Positions 1 to 15,623 of a stretch of DNA of 64,000 nt are shown here, piece by piece (positions within the stretch are counted from its first letter, which is position 1; every line of letters begins with the position of its first letter). The stretch is from the human T2T-CHM13v2.0 reference genome, Homo sapiens, in the NCBI RefSeq assembly GCF_009914755.1, contig NC_060928.1; one strand, written 5' to 3'. The translations under genes were made by a program, and so were the position numbers. A model generated the notes under the pieces. The model searched no databases. It was not told the DNA's origin and worked only from the letters and a program-made list of their open reading frames with translations.

Positions 1-218
1 TCCTTAAGCACATCCTTGGATTCTAGTTTAAGTGTTTAAATTCTGGTGACTTCTTTTTATGATTTCTCTGTGATCCTTTTACTGCCACTGTTACCATGTA
101 TTGTAGTTAAAATGCCTGTTGAGAACAGTGATTTTTCTGCTTATTGGTCATTAACTTGAAAATCAAATAAGAAGCCTGTTAGAAGTTTTTAAAACTTGTG
201 TACACTGGCTCCAAGTAG

Positions 219-627
<409 letters not shown>

Positions 628-782
628 TAGTTAGGGACTTCCTAAGGAGTGATTGTGTCTGATCCTTAATTTTGTAAGCTTTCGGTTGCTTGTCCAGCAC
701 CTGGTAATTGATTCACATTGAACTAAACACGCATAATGGTGGTTTATAAACATCATACTACTGATCGGTTGATTTATAGGAC

Positions 783-1053
783 AGATCAGTTGCCTTTCTC
801 TGTAAAGAGCCAGGTAGTCAATATTTTAGGTTTTGTGGGTCATATGGTCTGTCGCAACTGCTCAAGTCTGCAGTTGTGCCAGAGCAACCATGGGCAAAAT
901 GAATGTGAAAGTGATATTTATGGATATAGAAATGTAAAATTTTTATGAACTTTGTATGTCATGAAATGTTCTTTGGCCCTCTACCCTCAACCATTTCAAT
1001 ATGTGAAAATCACTCTTAGCTCAAAAACCATACAGAAACAGGCTGTTGACCCC
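783..1053 (+). mobile_element. MER58-type hAT-Charlie DNA transposon relic
   Basis: ctgtaaagagccaggtagtcaatattttaggttttgtgggtcatatggtctgtcgcaactgctcaa resembles MER58. Confidence 0.7.
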
Positions 1054-1300
1054 TGATTGGTTGATTGATTGATTTGAGACAGGGTCTCACCCTGTTGTCC
1101 AGGCTGGAGTGCAGTGGTGTAAATTCCAGGGCTCACTTGATCCTCCCATCTCAGCCTCCCCAGTAGCTGGGACTGCAGGCATCCCACACCAGGCCTGGCT
1201 AGTTTTTTGTATTTTTTGTAGAGATGGGGTTTGCTATGTTTCTTTGTTCTCGAACTCCTGAGCTCAAAGGTTCTGCCCACTTTGGCCATCACTCCCTGGC
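1054..1300 (-). mobile_element. Old Alu (AluJ-like, internal deletions) with (TTGA)n tail
   Basis: gagacagggtctcac...ccaggctggagtgcagtgg...cctgagctcaa. Confidence 0.85.
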
Positions 1301-1440
1301 CTCCCCAGATTTATAGTAAGACACAGCAGCTACTTGATTGTTTCTGCTGGTGGCTGAGCTCCCTTCTAGGAACCTGAAAATGCAAGTTGAAATTAGAAGT
1401 TTGTTTGGAGGTAGTTGGCTACGCTGAGGGCTGTGGGTTG

Positions 1441-1605
1441 TTTTTGTTTCGCTCTTTTTGCCCAGGCTGGAGTGCAATGGTGGTTTTTTTTGGGGGGGCA
1501 GGCTCTCTCTGCTGCTCAGGCAGTAGTGCAGTGGCATGATCACGGCTCAGCAACCTTCTGGTCTCAGGCAGTTCTCCTGCCTTAGCTTCTGGAGTAGCTG
1601 GGATT
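1441..1605 (-). mobile_element. Two stacked Alu right-arm fragments
   Basis: cccaggctggagtgcaatgg, then a T/G run and a second gtgcagtggcatgatc...agtagctgggatt. Confidence 0.7.
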
Positions 1606-2162
1606 CTGATCCTAGATCCCTTTTGAGGATAAAATGTGTAAGAACAAATACCTTGGTCATCTCTCACACCCTCCGGGGGGGTCAAGCTAAGAAGACCTGT
1701 GTAAGAGGATATGTATTATAAGATTGTGTTCCACTACAGAGGGAGATAATGTCAAGTAGGGTGTATGTGTCACAGCAATCAGAAGTTAATGCCTACCACT
1801 CCGGGAGAACTCATACTCCTGTGGTAGTGTTTAAGGAACTGCTGACACATTCTTCCAGCTTTACCTTTTGTGTGCTTCACTATGCAAAATGAATGGCATT
1901 TGTGACCATCTTGCCATGAATCTGTGTTTCAGTTTTCAAGTTAACAGACTGTTGTTCATTGATTACATTTTCAGTTTTTGCTCTCTGATAACGTATCATG
2001 GCCTTAGTCATTCACATGACCTCTTTTTAAATCCCAGTGTACATCCAGGAGGAAGAAGCCCATAGTCCAGGAATCTGGGAGGAGGTGGCTGGCACAGGAG
2101 GAGAGTGCCCCTCCACCCACCTGGGGAACTGGTCTTTGGTTCTTCCACTGCCTTTGCACTAG

Positions 2163-2711
<549 letters not shown>

Positions 2712-3524
2712 TAGACCTTGCTTCTAGGTTTGAGACCAACTTAGGTTTCCATGATCATAATAACGAGGCTTGTACAATTGTGATGAAACGTTTGTTTTCA
2801 TATGTAACTTGGATGATTGTGTAAATGTTGTTTTTGTCAAGTGTGTCATCTAGGTTTTCAAATATACAACATTGGGAGTCTCTCTCTTTTTTTTTTTTAA
2901 AACAGTACTTTAAAAATTTTTGGTGACTTAACATTGTTAGTGGTAACGGATAGTTTCTGACAACCGGGTATAATCAAGGAACAAAGTTCCTGAAAAACAG
3001 CTGCATTTCAATCTGTGCACAGTGTAATTGTCATTAGCTGGTGGAGTCTGGTTTCTGCAGAAGCTGATTTGTATATCCTGTATAAGAACATCTGGTTTGA
3101 GCATTTAAAAGTCTTTTAAAATTACCCTGTAGACATTTAGCATTTATTGGCTTACTCCACCAAGGATGGAATAATGGGTTGTAGAATCCTTTCTCATGCT
3201 TATTCTTACCTTCGTTCATTCAGAAGCACTTGGTTTTCCTAAAGTGTCTAATGAGCTTTTAGAGTTTGATATGAAGTGTGTAGGTTTGTATTATAGAAAT
3301 TAGTACCTGGTTCAGAGACCCCCAAGGCAGAATGGAACACAAACTCCTGATTTCAGTGAAATGCTTTAAAAAATAAACATTTCATTTTTGTATATTCTGA
3401 AGAGATTAATCTGACCCTAGCTTTCCCTGATAAATTGTCAGAAAACTGAGACGCGGAATAAGACATATAGGGCAAATGGGCTTTATCTCTCTTGGTGATA
3501 GCACTGTGTTAAGGAGGATTCTGA

Positions 3525-4020
<496 letters not shown>

Positions 4021-4330
4021 TGTGTATAGTTTAAACCCTAATTTTCTTGTCTGGGTTAGTTTTTTTCTATTATTATTGCATATATTTTAAGTGACCTCCT
4101 TCTAATGTTGGCTGTTTTTACCTGTTTCAAAAACTTAAGCTTTTGAAGTATGTGATGACCTAATCAAGCAAATAGGGGATAATAGCATTTTATGGCATTA
4201 TTACCTTTTCTCTTTTTTTTCTTCTGCACCTTTGCATCAGATATTCTTTTAAAGCAAGACAATTCTTTGATACTGCATCTCAGGAAAGAGGTGGCATATA
4301 CATAGTTTATTGATGGTTGCTCGTTAGTTA

Positions 4331-4606
<276 letters not shown>

Positions 4607-4628
4607 TCATCGTAAAAAGTTAAAATCA

Positions 4629-4933
<305 letters not shown>

Positions 4934-6335
4934 GTTAAAATCATATTAAAGGTCATAAAGAGGAGGAAAAGTTCCCAACTCAGTCTGTCTTGGAACCCTT
5001 TGGTCACATTTCTCAGAGATGACCACTATGAACATTTATATTCTTTCAGAAATGTTCTATGAATATACAAGCAATTGCTGTAGGTATTTTCTCTCCTCCT
5101 ATTATATATAAATGCTCTTATATTTTGGGTTTTTTCCCTGCAGTTAGCCTGTTTTTCTCCCCTAATATGTCTTGGGCATCTTTCCACATCTGAGCATTTA
5201 GATCTAACAGAAAAGAATTCTGAGTAGATGGAAATAAGGATAAAAGCTCAAGATTGGAGACCATGGTGACTGACTGCCTTTTTTGTTTGGTTGTGAATTC
5301 ATTTACTCCCATGTCAAGGGAAGTTAAAAAAATACATTCCAAGTACAAATGATTGGAATGTTTTGTCATAGCTGCTCTTATTCAGTTGCTGACTCTTAAT
5401 TGAGTCAGCAATTACAGAGTCCTGGAAGGGGTTTAATAGATTGCCTTAGAGCTCATAAGCAGTGATTGGATTATTTATACATTGGCAAATGAGAGCTGCT
5501 TGTGATTCATTCAGAACCACTCAAATTTAAAATTCCTTAAAGTCTTGAGAAATGCTTTCTTGGTTTTTAAATCTGAGTTCAAAAATAACTTATAAAGAAT
5601 TTAAAGTGAACTAATGTATTATAGTACATGGGCTTTATGAGTAATGCTCCTAAGAGTAAATATTATAGTTATTTATTATGTGGTCAGTTATCATAATTTT
5701 TTTTCTTTTGGAGGAGGTGGCTATTGCTAATGTAAACTTGTCAGCTGAATATTTGTAAGTTTTACCTCCTTCCAGAGGTTCTGTATTAGCTTGGGCCAGC
5801 ATTTTCCTTAAATAAGTTTTGATGTATGACGTTATAAAGAGCACATTTTTTTGCTTGAGATATTTAGACAAGATTAAAACATTAACGCTTAAGAGTTAAG
5901 CTATTTGTCAGTTAAATGTATGACTTTATTTTTGACTAGATATAACCCTTTAGTTAAATTGAGAATCTGTGTTTGAGTTATAGTCATAGTAGCATTTTTA
6001 GATTCTGTGAGCATATGAATTAGATAATGTTGCCAATTGGAAAACTTCATATTTAAGCGATTAATGTTTACTTTAAAAACTGAGGTAAGAAACCAGCTGG
6101 GTTTCCTTCACATTCATTTAGGGGCAGGTGGACAGATTTTATTGTGAAGTTATAGGTCATTATATTTGGGTATTTAGAACTGTATATTCCATAGAAGACA
6201 AAAGTGACCAATTATTAAGAATATAATGTATCTTTTTGGGGGAGTATTCTATGTTCAGTAATTTAGGAATCAAATTATCAGGTACCTAGTGTTTAAAAAA
6301 TAATTTGAACTATGTGAACTTAAACAGAAAGGAGT

Positions 6336-6634
6336 GGCAGGGCGCGGTGGCTCACGCCTGTAATCCCAGCACTTTGGGAGGCCGAGGCGGGCGGATCATG
6401 AGGTCAGGAGATCGAGACCATCCTGGCTAACACGGTGAAACCCCGTCTCTACTAAAATTACAAAAAAAAATATATATATATTAGCTGGGCGTGTTGGCAG
6501 GCGCCTGTAGTCCCAGGCTGAGGCAGGAGAATAGCGTGAACCCGGGAGGCGGAGCTTGCAGTGAGCTGAGTGAGCCATTGCACTCCAGCCTAGGTGACAG
6601 AGCGAGACTCCAACTCAAAAAAAATAAAATAAAA
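6336..6634 (+). mobile_element. AluY-like
   Basis: Diagnostic gagatcgagaccatcctggctaacacgg and gcggagcttgcagtgag; TSD agaaaggagt. Confidence 0.93.
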
Positions 6635-7110
6635 GAGAAAGGAGTAGCTCATAAAATACTTAGTTTTATATAAGACCACCTGGTTTCTGAAAATACATTC
6701 TTTAGTACCTTTAGGTATTAGATTTTAGCTATTTGACAGAATGGAAGGGCATCAATAAATTTAAAAGTGAATACAGGAGAAGTTATTCCAGTTAAAGGTC
6801 AATTAGATATTAAAGTAAAAGCATCTCAAATTCAATAAAGTGGAGTGAACATAAGGTAACAGTACGGGAACTAAGGCATTCATCCAGTAGGTTATTTTAA
6901 TACATAGTATTGCATTGGGTGATATATAAAAGTATGTAGCGGTCTTTAATTGAGTACCTTCTAGAACTTCTTGAGTGAAATAAATAAAAATGGAAACAGT
7001 AGATAAAACTGATACTTTGAGAGAGAAACCAGCCTTTCTGCATATGAGCCATAAGACAAAATCACTAGGTTGTAATCCTTATTATAGCTATAGAGTTTAT
7101 GGCCTGATAA

Positions 7111-7539
<429 letters not shown>

Positions 7540-8564
7540 TCTTATTCTTTTGTAAAAGTCCTTCTCTCCTTGTCCATGACGTTCTCATTCTTTCTTAGAA
7601 TCATCACATCAGTCATGACCACGCCCAGGTCACTGAACTTGTTCGCTCAAATTCCTGAGCCACCCTAGGGATGGGTTCCTTCACATAGTGGCTCCTCTGA
7701 ATCTATTGCATGCAGATTTTTCCCAGTTTCAGTCAGAGGAATGTAAATTTCAAGGTTTTCAGGTGCCTTGCTATCTCATGTGCATGTAAGCAGTAATCTG
7801 GTGACTTTTATAGCACTTACCACACTGAAGCCACTTGTCTAGTTATTTGATGTTTCCTCCAGGTAGACTGTGTGCTCCTGCAGTGCAGACATTCCATATC
7901 TTGTTCACCGTATCTCTGACGTCTACCTTGATAAAATTTTCCTCAAATTATTATGTTAGCTAATGTACTGCATTTTAACCCACATGACAGAAGGGATCCA
8001 AGGAGAGAGTAATCTGCATATAATCTAAATAGGGGTTTGGGCCAGTGGGTAAAGCCTGTGTTTGCATTTCCTGAGGAGATGGTTCTCCGGCAGCTGCCAC
8101 AGATGCTCAGTTGTCTTGGTGCATCTCTTCGTGCAGTGAGTGGAGTAGAGACACCAGAGGATTGTTAAGTAACTGGTCCAGCCAGGGTCTTTGGCCAGTG
8201 GCCTTTCCAGGCAGTGTTCTGTTTTTAATTTAACTTCCTAGGTAGTCTTCCTCTTTTTGGGCAAACTCCCAAATGCCCACTAACTAGCTCTTTTGTCTCT
8301 GTAGCTATTATGTTTCTCGTGGCAAGTGGACACTCCAGGCTCCGATAAGCTGGATAACTTTGCATCAGTTTTGAGGAAATGTAAACAGAATGTCAGGGTG
8401 AGCCGTGTCGACTGGATCCAGAGTTCTGAGGGCATCTATTGTAGCCACGCTGAGAGGCCTTGTTTCTGACCAGTCTGAGTTGGATTCAATCTCTGTCCCG
8501 TACTGCAAGGTCCCATTGCAGTGTTCCCTATACCTACCATCATGGTCCCCCTTCTCTGTTATGT

Positions 8565-8900
<336 letters not shown>

Positions 8901-9022
8901 CTATGTTATGTTTATTTCATATTTGACTTGAGAGAATCTGTTCTCCAGAAATTACTGTAATCTTTAGAGACACACACATGAAACATTTAAGTCATGATGC
9001 AAGGCAGTAGTTGATTGAATAC

Positions 9023-9470
9023 TGACAAAGACTCCTTTGACCAAAACTTTAGTCACGCTCCTCCGGTCCTCCGCGTGAATGGGCACTACCTTGGGCTTCT
9101 CTTTGTATTATTGTTGAATCCAGTTGAAGCAAAAATCCTGTTAAAATCAGTTTAGGGAAAATTCTTCACCTGGGTATCTGACCACTCTGTCCTATCTTAT
9201 CCTGGCCTGTCTTCAAGAATAATCCTATCAAATTAGCCATAAACCCCTTATCCTTGATATTTCTGTTTAGTAGTCAGTCTCCTATCCACCGGCCCCACCC
9301 TCCTCCTTGGTTATAAATCTCCACCTCTTTTGGAATCTGAGTTGGGTTCAATCTCCATCCCCCTCTGCAAGATCCCATTGCAGTGTTCCCTGTACCTACC
9401 ACCATGGTCCCCCTTGAGTAAAATCTGCTTTACCATTTCTAACAAGTGTCATGAGGAATTTTTTTCAGTG
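9023..9470 (+). mobile_element. Solo LTR, MER31-like (ERV1)
   Basis: Starts tgacaaagactc..ttgaccaaaactttagtca; 3' part ctgcaagatcccattgcagtg...taacaagtgtca, as recalled for MER31. Confidence 0.7.
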
Positions 9471-11019
9471 ATACTATTAAGGTAACAGTGCATTGAAAAG
9501 CAAGGTGAAAAAGTTCTAAAAGAGGAAGAAAGTTGAACTGAGCAGTACAGAATATAAGTGTTTGGAGTTGGAGTGGTCAGTGGCTTTGAGCTGAGCCCCA
9601 GAAAAGTGGTGGGATTAGGATAGGGAGCAAGGAGCAACAGGAGCAGCATTAGCAGAGAATGAGAACTGAAAGTAAGCAGAGTGTTCAGGGAAGAAGCCTG
9701 GCCCAACCAATGCAAGCTCTGGGTTTTGGGGCTTGCTAGAACAGATGCCTGAGTAAAGCTGTGAGAAGTCAGAAAACTTCATTTTTGGCTGGACACTTTG
9801 GACTTAGACCTATTTGTAATGTGGAATGGAGGGAGAGATCTGCATATAGTATTTTGATGAGGTTGCCTCATGGGGTGTAGTTAATTTGTTGTTTTAATAA
9901 TTGGAAGTGGGAAGAGATCATAGTTTGGAGAATAGGTGTTTAAAGCTTTCTAGGTACAAGTAGTTGAAGGGCAAACCCACAGGGCATATGGGGACTTCAG
10001 AGAGTCATAACATTATGAATCAGTAAACCTTGGCAATTGGCTATAAGGTGAGAATGGATGTGTATGAAGATGCTACCCAGAGTAATATGCTGTGTTACAC
10101 ATATGTTGGTAAGTACGGTGCTCTGCCCCAAACATGCCCCTTTTTCTGGCTACCTCCTCTTTGTTCTTCAGGACTCAGCTCAGTCTTACCAGCCTCCTCT
10201 GACTCTTATCCACCTTTTGTATTCCTGTAGAACTCCGCATTTACCACTGTCAGGCACAAACAGTAGTGAATTTCCGTTGTTTTCCTGTCTGCCCAACTAG
10301 GCCAGAAGCTCTGTGAGGTCAGGGTTAGTAATTTTCATCCAGCACCTCCTAATATATGAGATATTCAAATGTTTGTCGGCTGCATTATGTGCCATTATAT
10401 CTTCTTGCTACTTTGGGGTGTTGTGAGTAGCCATTTTAATTGATTATTACTTATCCTACTACTGTCTAGATTAGTAATTAGCCATTGCCCTGAGAGTCAG
10501 GAAAGGTGATGATGCAGATGCTGGCTTTTAGTGGGGCAGATGTTTGCAGCATACAACCACTGTATTGTGTAGCTGAAAGATAGTAACATGTATTTTGATT
10601 TTCTGATACAGTAAGTCATCCTGGGTGAGATAAATCAGCTTGATGTCAAGGTTTAAGTACTTTAGAGCCACAGAGGAGGAAATTCTGCTGAGCACTAACC
10701 CCCATACTGTGCCAAGTTCCCTGGAGAAGCAAATACAGCACTCTCAAACCCTCATTAACTCAAGATCTTCAGCGGATGAAAATGGATTTCATTAGAAAGA
10801 AAATACTATTTTTACTCTTCTTTTACTTGAATAATTTTGCTTAAGAGAGTATTTATGTGTGTTTAGGTGCATCATTGTATTTTGGCCAATGCTTGCGTTC
10901 TTTATTTAGTGACTGTTGAAGTGCTTCCTCAGGGAGTTGTGTTTGAAAGCTGGAAAGTAAGCATTTTGATTCAAAAAGATTCTTAAAAGCTACTCTATTA
11001 GGTGAATCTAATTTTTAAA

Positions 11020-11145
11020 TTTTTTTATAGAGATAGGGGTCTCCCTGTGTTGCCCACTCCGGTCTCAACTCCTAGGTTCAAGCAGTCCTCCTGCCCTGGC
11101 GTCCCAAAGTTCTAGGATTACACATGTGAGCCACCGCGACCAGCC
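11020..11145 (-). mobile_element. FLAM / Alu left monomer
   Basis: tagagataggggtctccctgtgttgccc...gtgagccaccgcgaccagcc. Confidence 0.85.
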
Positions 11146-11741
11146 TAGTACTAATTTTTTTTAGCACTCTTTTGTAATGTTGGCTTTGGGGAGCTGAAGC
11201 TGTTAGGAGTGAGTGGTCTTCTGCCTTTCCCTTTTCCCTTTTACCTCTTGCTGGATCCTGAGGGGACCCAGAGGTGCATTCTCTAGAAGGTTGGAGAGCT
11301 TACCTGTCTGCAGTTGGTGTTTTTGGCACACACAGGGCAGAGAAAACAGTTGAATAGGGAGTGGACCACTGGTGTTTCTTGGTTATGGAACCTGAGGGCT
11401 GGAGTGGGCTTACCCCAGGCCAAGTTGCAGATTGCCTGGTTATGGGTGAGTGGGGCTTTTGGAAAAGGGATGGAGTGGGTTTTAGGACTTGACTATGCCT
11501 ACAGCATGAAACCCCAGCTTGTAAAGCGTGTCCATAATATAGCTCATGACCCATACTGATCAGGACTTATGTTCAGCCTTTCTCTTGGTACATCATTTTA
11601 ATGGCTTTTGAAGAATCAATTGATAAACAAAAACTTTAACTGGGTGAGTTTCTCAGGAAGAAAATATAAAATATTGCAATTATAGATTAGGGACCTAAAT
11701 ATTTGGATGAATTGTGTAGATCCATTTTTTAAGTGTAGTAT

Positions 11742-11995
11742 AGGAAAAACTTTTCATCTACTTTTTTAGGTTCAGTTCATGCGAGTCTGAATTAAATGAC
11801 AAAAGACATTACAGGAGAAAAGGCAAACTTCACTGATGTTGATATTTTTATGTGCCAGATGTGGGTAAAGGGAAGGAGACTTCACCGAAGAGAAAAAACC
11901 CAAGAAGAGTTAGACCTGAAGGCTTATATACAATTTTAACAGAGGGTGATAAATTGTGAAGTGACTAGTCAAAGGAAAAGGGAGTTTAGGCTTTT
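11742..11995. mobile_element. Probable ERV LTR fragment, family not assigned
   Basis: ttaggttcagtt...gacaaaagacattacaggagaaaaggc resembles LTR-derived sequence. Confidence 0.35.
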
Positions 11996-12081
11996 TTGAC
12001 TGCTCTTTTGTAGGCCTTTTTAGAGTGGAGCTTTGGTTTTTTAAAATTGCTTTCTTGTTCTATCACAGTGGTTCTCCACAT

Positions 12082-12377
12082 TTTTCTTTTTTTTTCAAGA
12101 CAGAATCTCACTGTGTCACATAGGCTGGAGTGCAGTGGTGTGATCTCCACTCATTCCAACCTCCGCCTCCCGGGTTTAAGTGATTCTCCTGCTTGAGCCT
12201 CCTGAGTAGCTGGGATTACAGATGCGCGCCACCACGCACGGCTAATTTTTGTATTTTTAGTAGAGGCAGGGTTTCACCGTGTTGGTCAGGCTGGTCTCGA
12301 ACTGCTGACCTCGTGATCCTCCCACCTCGGCCTCCCAAAGTGCAGGGATTACAGGTATGAGCCACCACACCCAGCCC
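12082..12377 (-). mobile_element. Alu (AluSg-like)
   Basis: Full antisense dimer; TSD ggtt(c/t)tccacattttt. Confidence 0.95.
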
Positions 12378-12430
12378 GGTTTTCCACATTTTTTTCTCCA
12401 CACCATTCCTATGTGCCCCACTTCTATTGT

Positions 12431-12747
<317 letters not shown>

Positions 12748-13224
12748 TAACACCACATCATACATATTGTGATTCCCAATGAGGAGGAGGTTGGGATGTA
12801 CTTTTCTGAGAGGTTGGATGGGTAGGTAGGTGATGGACTACCATACTTTTTCTCACTTGAAAAAGCTCCCTTTCATTTTTAGGATTCATTGAACTGACAG
12901 ACCAGTGCCCTAAAGATGTCAGGTTGATCAGTAATTTTAATTTGGAAAAGCTTTTTGTATTTGTTTAGAGAGCTGCCCTGTGTGAATATAACCGCGAGAC
13001 CATCTGTATAAGTTCATTACTGGCCATTCCGTCTCAGTTCACTGCCTTCTTACCTAAATGCAGCCTTTCTCATACTTGAGGGTAGTGCTAGAATTCTGTT
13101 ATCATCAGCTACCTGGGAGGAGTTGGCCAGGTGCGCTGGGTCTTTGTACAAACTGACTTCTTATTTTGGCTGGATTTGGTTCTATTTGTCCTGAAGGGAG
13201 CTGAGGTGAAGTGGAGTGGAAATA

Positions 13225-13350
13225 GTGTTGGATTTGGAATTAGAAGCTCCATTCCCACAACGTGACCTTGGGGAAGTTGCTGCTTAACCTTTCTTGGCTT
13301 TAGTTTCCTAATGTGAAAGGGAGGGGTCTGGATCAAAATTGTATAATGTC
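13225..13350 (+). mobile_element. MIR fragment
   Basis: gtgaccttgggaagttg..ttaacctttcttggctttagtttcctaatgtgaaa core. Confidence 0.65.
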
Positions 13351-13758
13351 TGTGGTTCCTTCCTGTTCCCTCTGTGGGGTTAGAGATGGCTGGAGGAGAC
13401 ATTTGCATTCCATTACCCGATTTGTTTTGTTTCTTTCGCCTTTAGGGTTATTTTAGTAAAATTTGCCTGAGAAGCATAATCATGCCCAGTGCAGTGTAAA
13501 TATTCACACATCCAGGCACAACCCCACCCCACCCCCCACATGTACGCATAAAATATGAATCTGTCTGTAGTGAGGAAGCACAGTACAGTGTTCATTGCTG
13601 TGGATTTTTTTCTGCAGTGCTTGCTGCCAGTCAGCTAAAGATTCCTGGAGTAGTTATAGTAATAATGTCACAGGAATATAGAAAGAAACCTGGCATCTTT
13701 GGGAGACCTACTGATATGTGACTTCTCCACCCCTCCCCCTCCTTTTTTAACCTGGTTT

Positions 13759-14364
13759 GTTAATGATTGCACCTAATTATGTATCTTTGGTCTTTTTACT
13801 GTTTACAATTCAAATGCTACTTAAAGCCATTTGTTTGCTTTTGTTTGCTGTAAATCCTGGGCTGCCATCTGAAGCACAACTTGATGATTGTGTATTATCA
13901 TCTTGGGTTAAGTGCTGTCTCATTGCTTTGCAGGCTGCCTGCTGTTTCCCGGGGAGATCATGAAACGAGGTCGCCTTCCCAGCAGCAGTGAGGATTCTGA
14001 CGACAATGGCAGTAAGTCCTGCTTTGTTGTTCTTGGAGCCTACCAGGGTTTGGGTCGGGGTAAAAACATGATTTTTTAATGTAATGCTTTAAATTGCTGA
14101 GGCCCTTTGCATGTCAGGCAGGTCAGAGAAAGCCAAAGCCTGGAGAAACGTACCTGAGTGTGATACTGCAGGTCTGTAACCAGATCTTACTGGGTAAGGT
14201 TGACTGCAGGCAAGCATTCCTGAGGCTTCCTATTTGTTATCCTGGGAGGAATAATCCAGTTCCAAGAGTCACTGGTGTGTCTGGTTTTCCTAAACATCAT
14301 TTATGGTACTTCGCAGTTGCGCTTTATGAAAGGGGAACTTAATCAAAGCCAGGTAATCATTAAC
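13759..14364. promoter_or_regulatory. Candidate enhancer or alternative promoter around coding exon 1 (two HNF1-type, three forkhead, one TCF/LEF motif)
   Basis: GTTAATGATT at 13759 (+) and within 14352-14364 (-); TGTTTAC 13800; TGTTTGC 13832 and 13842; ATCAAAG 14342; repeat-free region. Confidence 0.35.
13960..14011 (+). CDS. JADE1: JADE1 coding exon 1 (exon starts at 13934; ATG at 13960), MKRGRLPSSSEDSDDNG
   Basis: Acceptor ttgctttgcag|GCTG at 13933/13934; donor GCA|gtaagt at 14011/14012; phase 1. Confidence 0.95.
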
Positions 14365-15623
14365 TGGTTCAACTCAATACAAGGGGAGGTTGAAGACTGC
14401 CTAGTGTGATGTGAAAATTATTAAGTACAGGTTCTTAATAGGTCGAAAGTCCCTGCTCTTCACTTGGTTTTAATGTGACTATATTGAATACTACTGCTGT
14501 CTGTATCTCAGCTCTCTGGCAACTTCATATTTTCACAGTGCAGCTGAGAACCAGAAGTTAGTTGGCTTCCAGGCAGTCAAAATAAATATCACACAGTGTC
14601 TGTGTATTGAGAAGCTAACAGACTACTCAGAGAAGAGCTCCCCTCAGATAACAGAGGGAAATTTTGTACCTAGCACAGTGCCTGAGCTCTAGCCCGTTAG
14701 CTTATGTTTTACATTACAAATTAAACCCAGGACACCTTGAAAGAATGTGTGATGGGAAAGGAGCTGGGCCTGCTTTCAAGGAACTCTGCTTTAGACATAT
14801 GTAAGAAGAGCTCTGATGTGAAAGTCATCAGGGCAGTAATAGAGATGTCTTTTTGATGCACTGTGGAAACAGATACAGATACAGATTCAGAGGAGGGGAG
14901 GGCAGGGAAACCTGCAGAGGAGATGAAAGTTGTATAGATCCTTAAGGATGAAATACTTTTTAGGCAAATAGGGTTATTTTCAGTTTTCTGTGCTCTAAGT
15001 TTTCAGCAAGTTAAAAGCTGCACATTAGAAAGCAAGGCTTTGCTGCTGTAGGTGCCACCCTGTTCAGAAGAGGGGACCAGGAATATGAAAAACAGAACTC
15101 AATGTGGTATTTCGGTTGGTGTGCTTGGCACAGGCACAGGCACGGGGCTTTTGGGGAGGAGAATTGGCCGTTATGGGAGAGTGTCAGGTGTGAAGGGCTT
15201 GCAATGAGGACCTCTAAGGAATTGAGAGTTTTAGGGTTGACTGCTGATGTTGGCAGCAGGAGAGAAGTGAACTAGTTGAGAGAGGGTGTAGGGGCTCCAG
15301 AGCGAAAGACCTTTCCTCTTATTTCAGAGAAAGGTATTAAAGGTCTGTTTCCAAGTGCAGGCAGGTAAAGCCACCTGTCCGAGCCTTTGGGATGCCACCT
15401 TCTGAACTTCTGAGGCGCTTGTTGTTTCATAACCCTGCCTACCTGTTTTCTAACGTTTATAGTTTTAGGCATTTTACTCCTTGAGGCAAAAACATCATTG
15501 GGAATTTCTTCTCTGCCCCTGTGTGGCGCCTATCAAAGTGTCTTTGTGAGTTATAAGTACTCTATAAATGCTCCTTGCTTGAGTACATAATTTTGTCCTA
15601 CATTAATTAAAAAAAATAGTCTT

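Noticed and set aside
13521-13538. C-rich run as a minus-strand G-quadruplex
   Set aside because: Only three clear tracts; weak candidate
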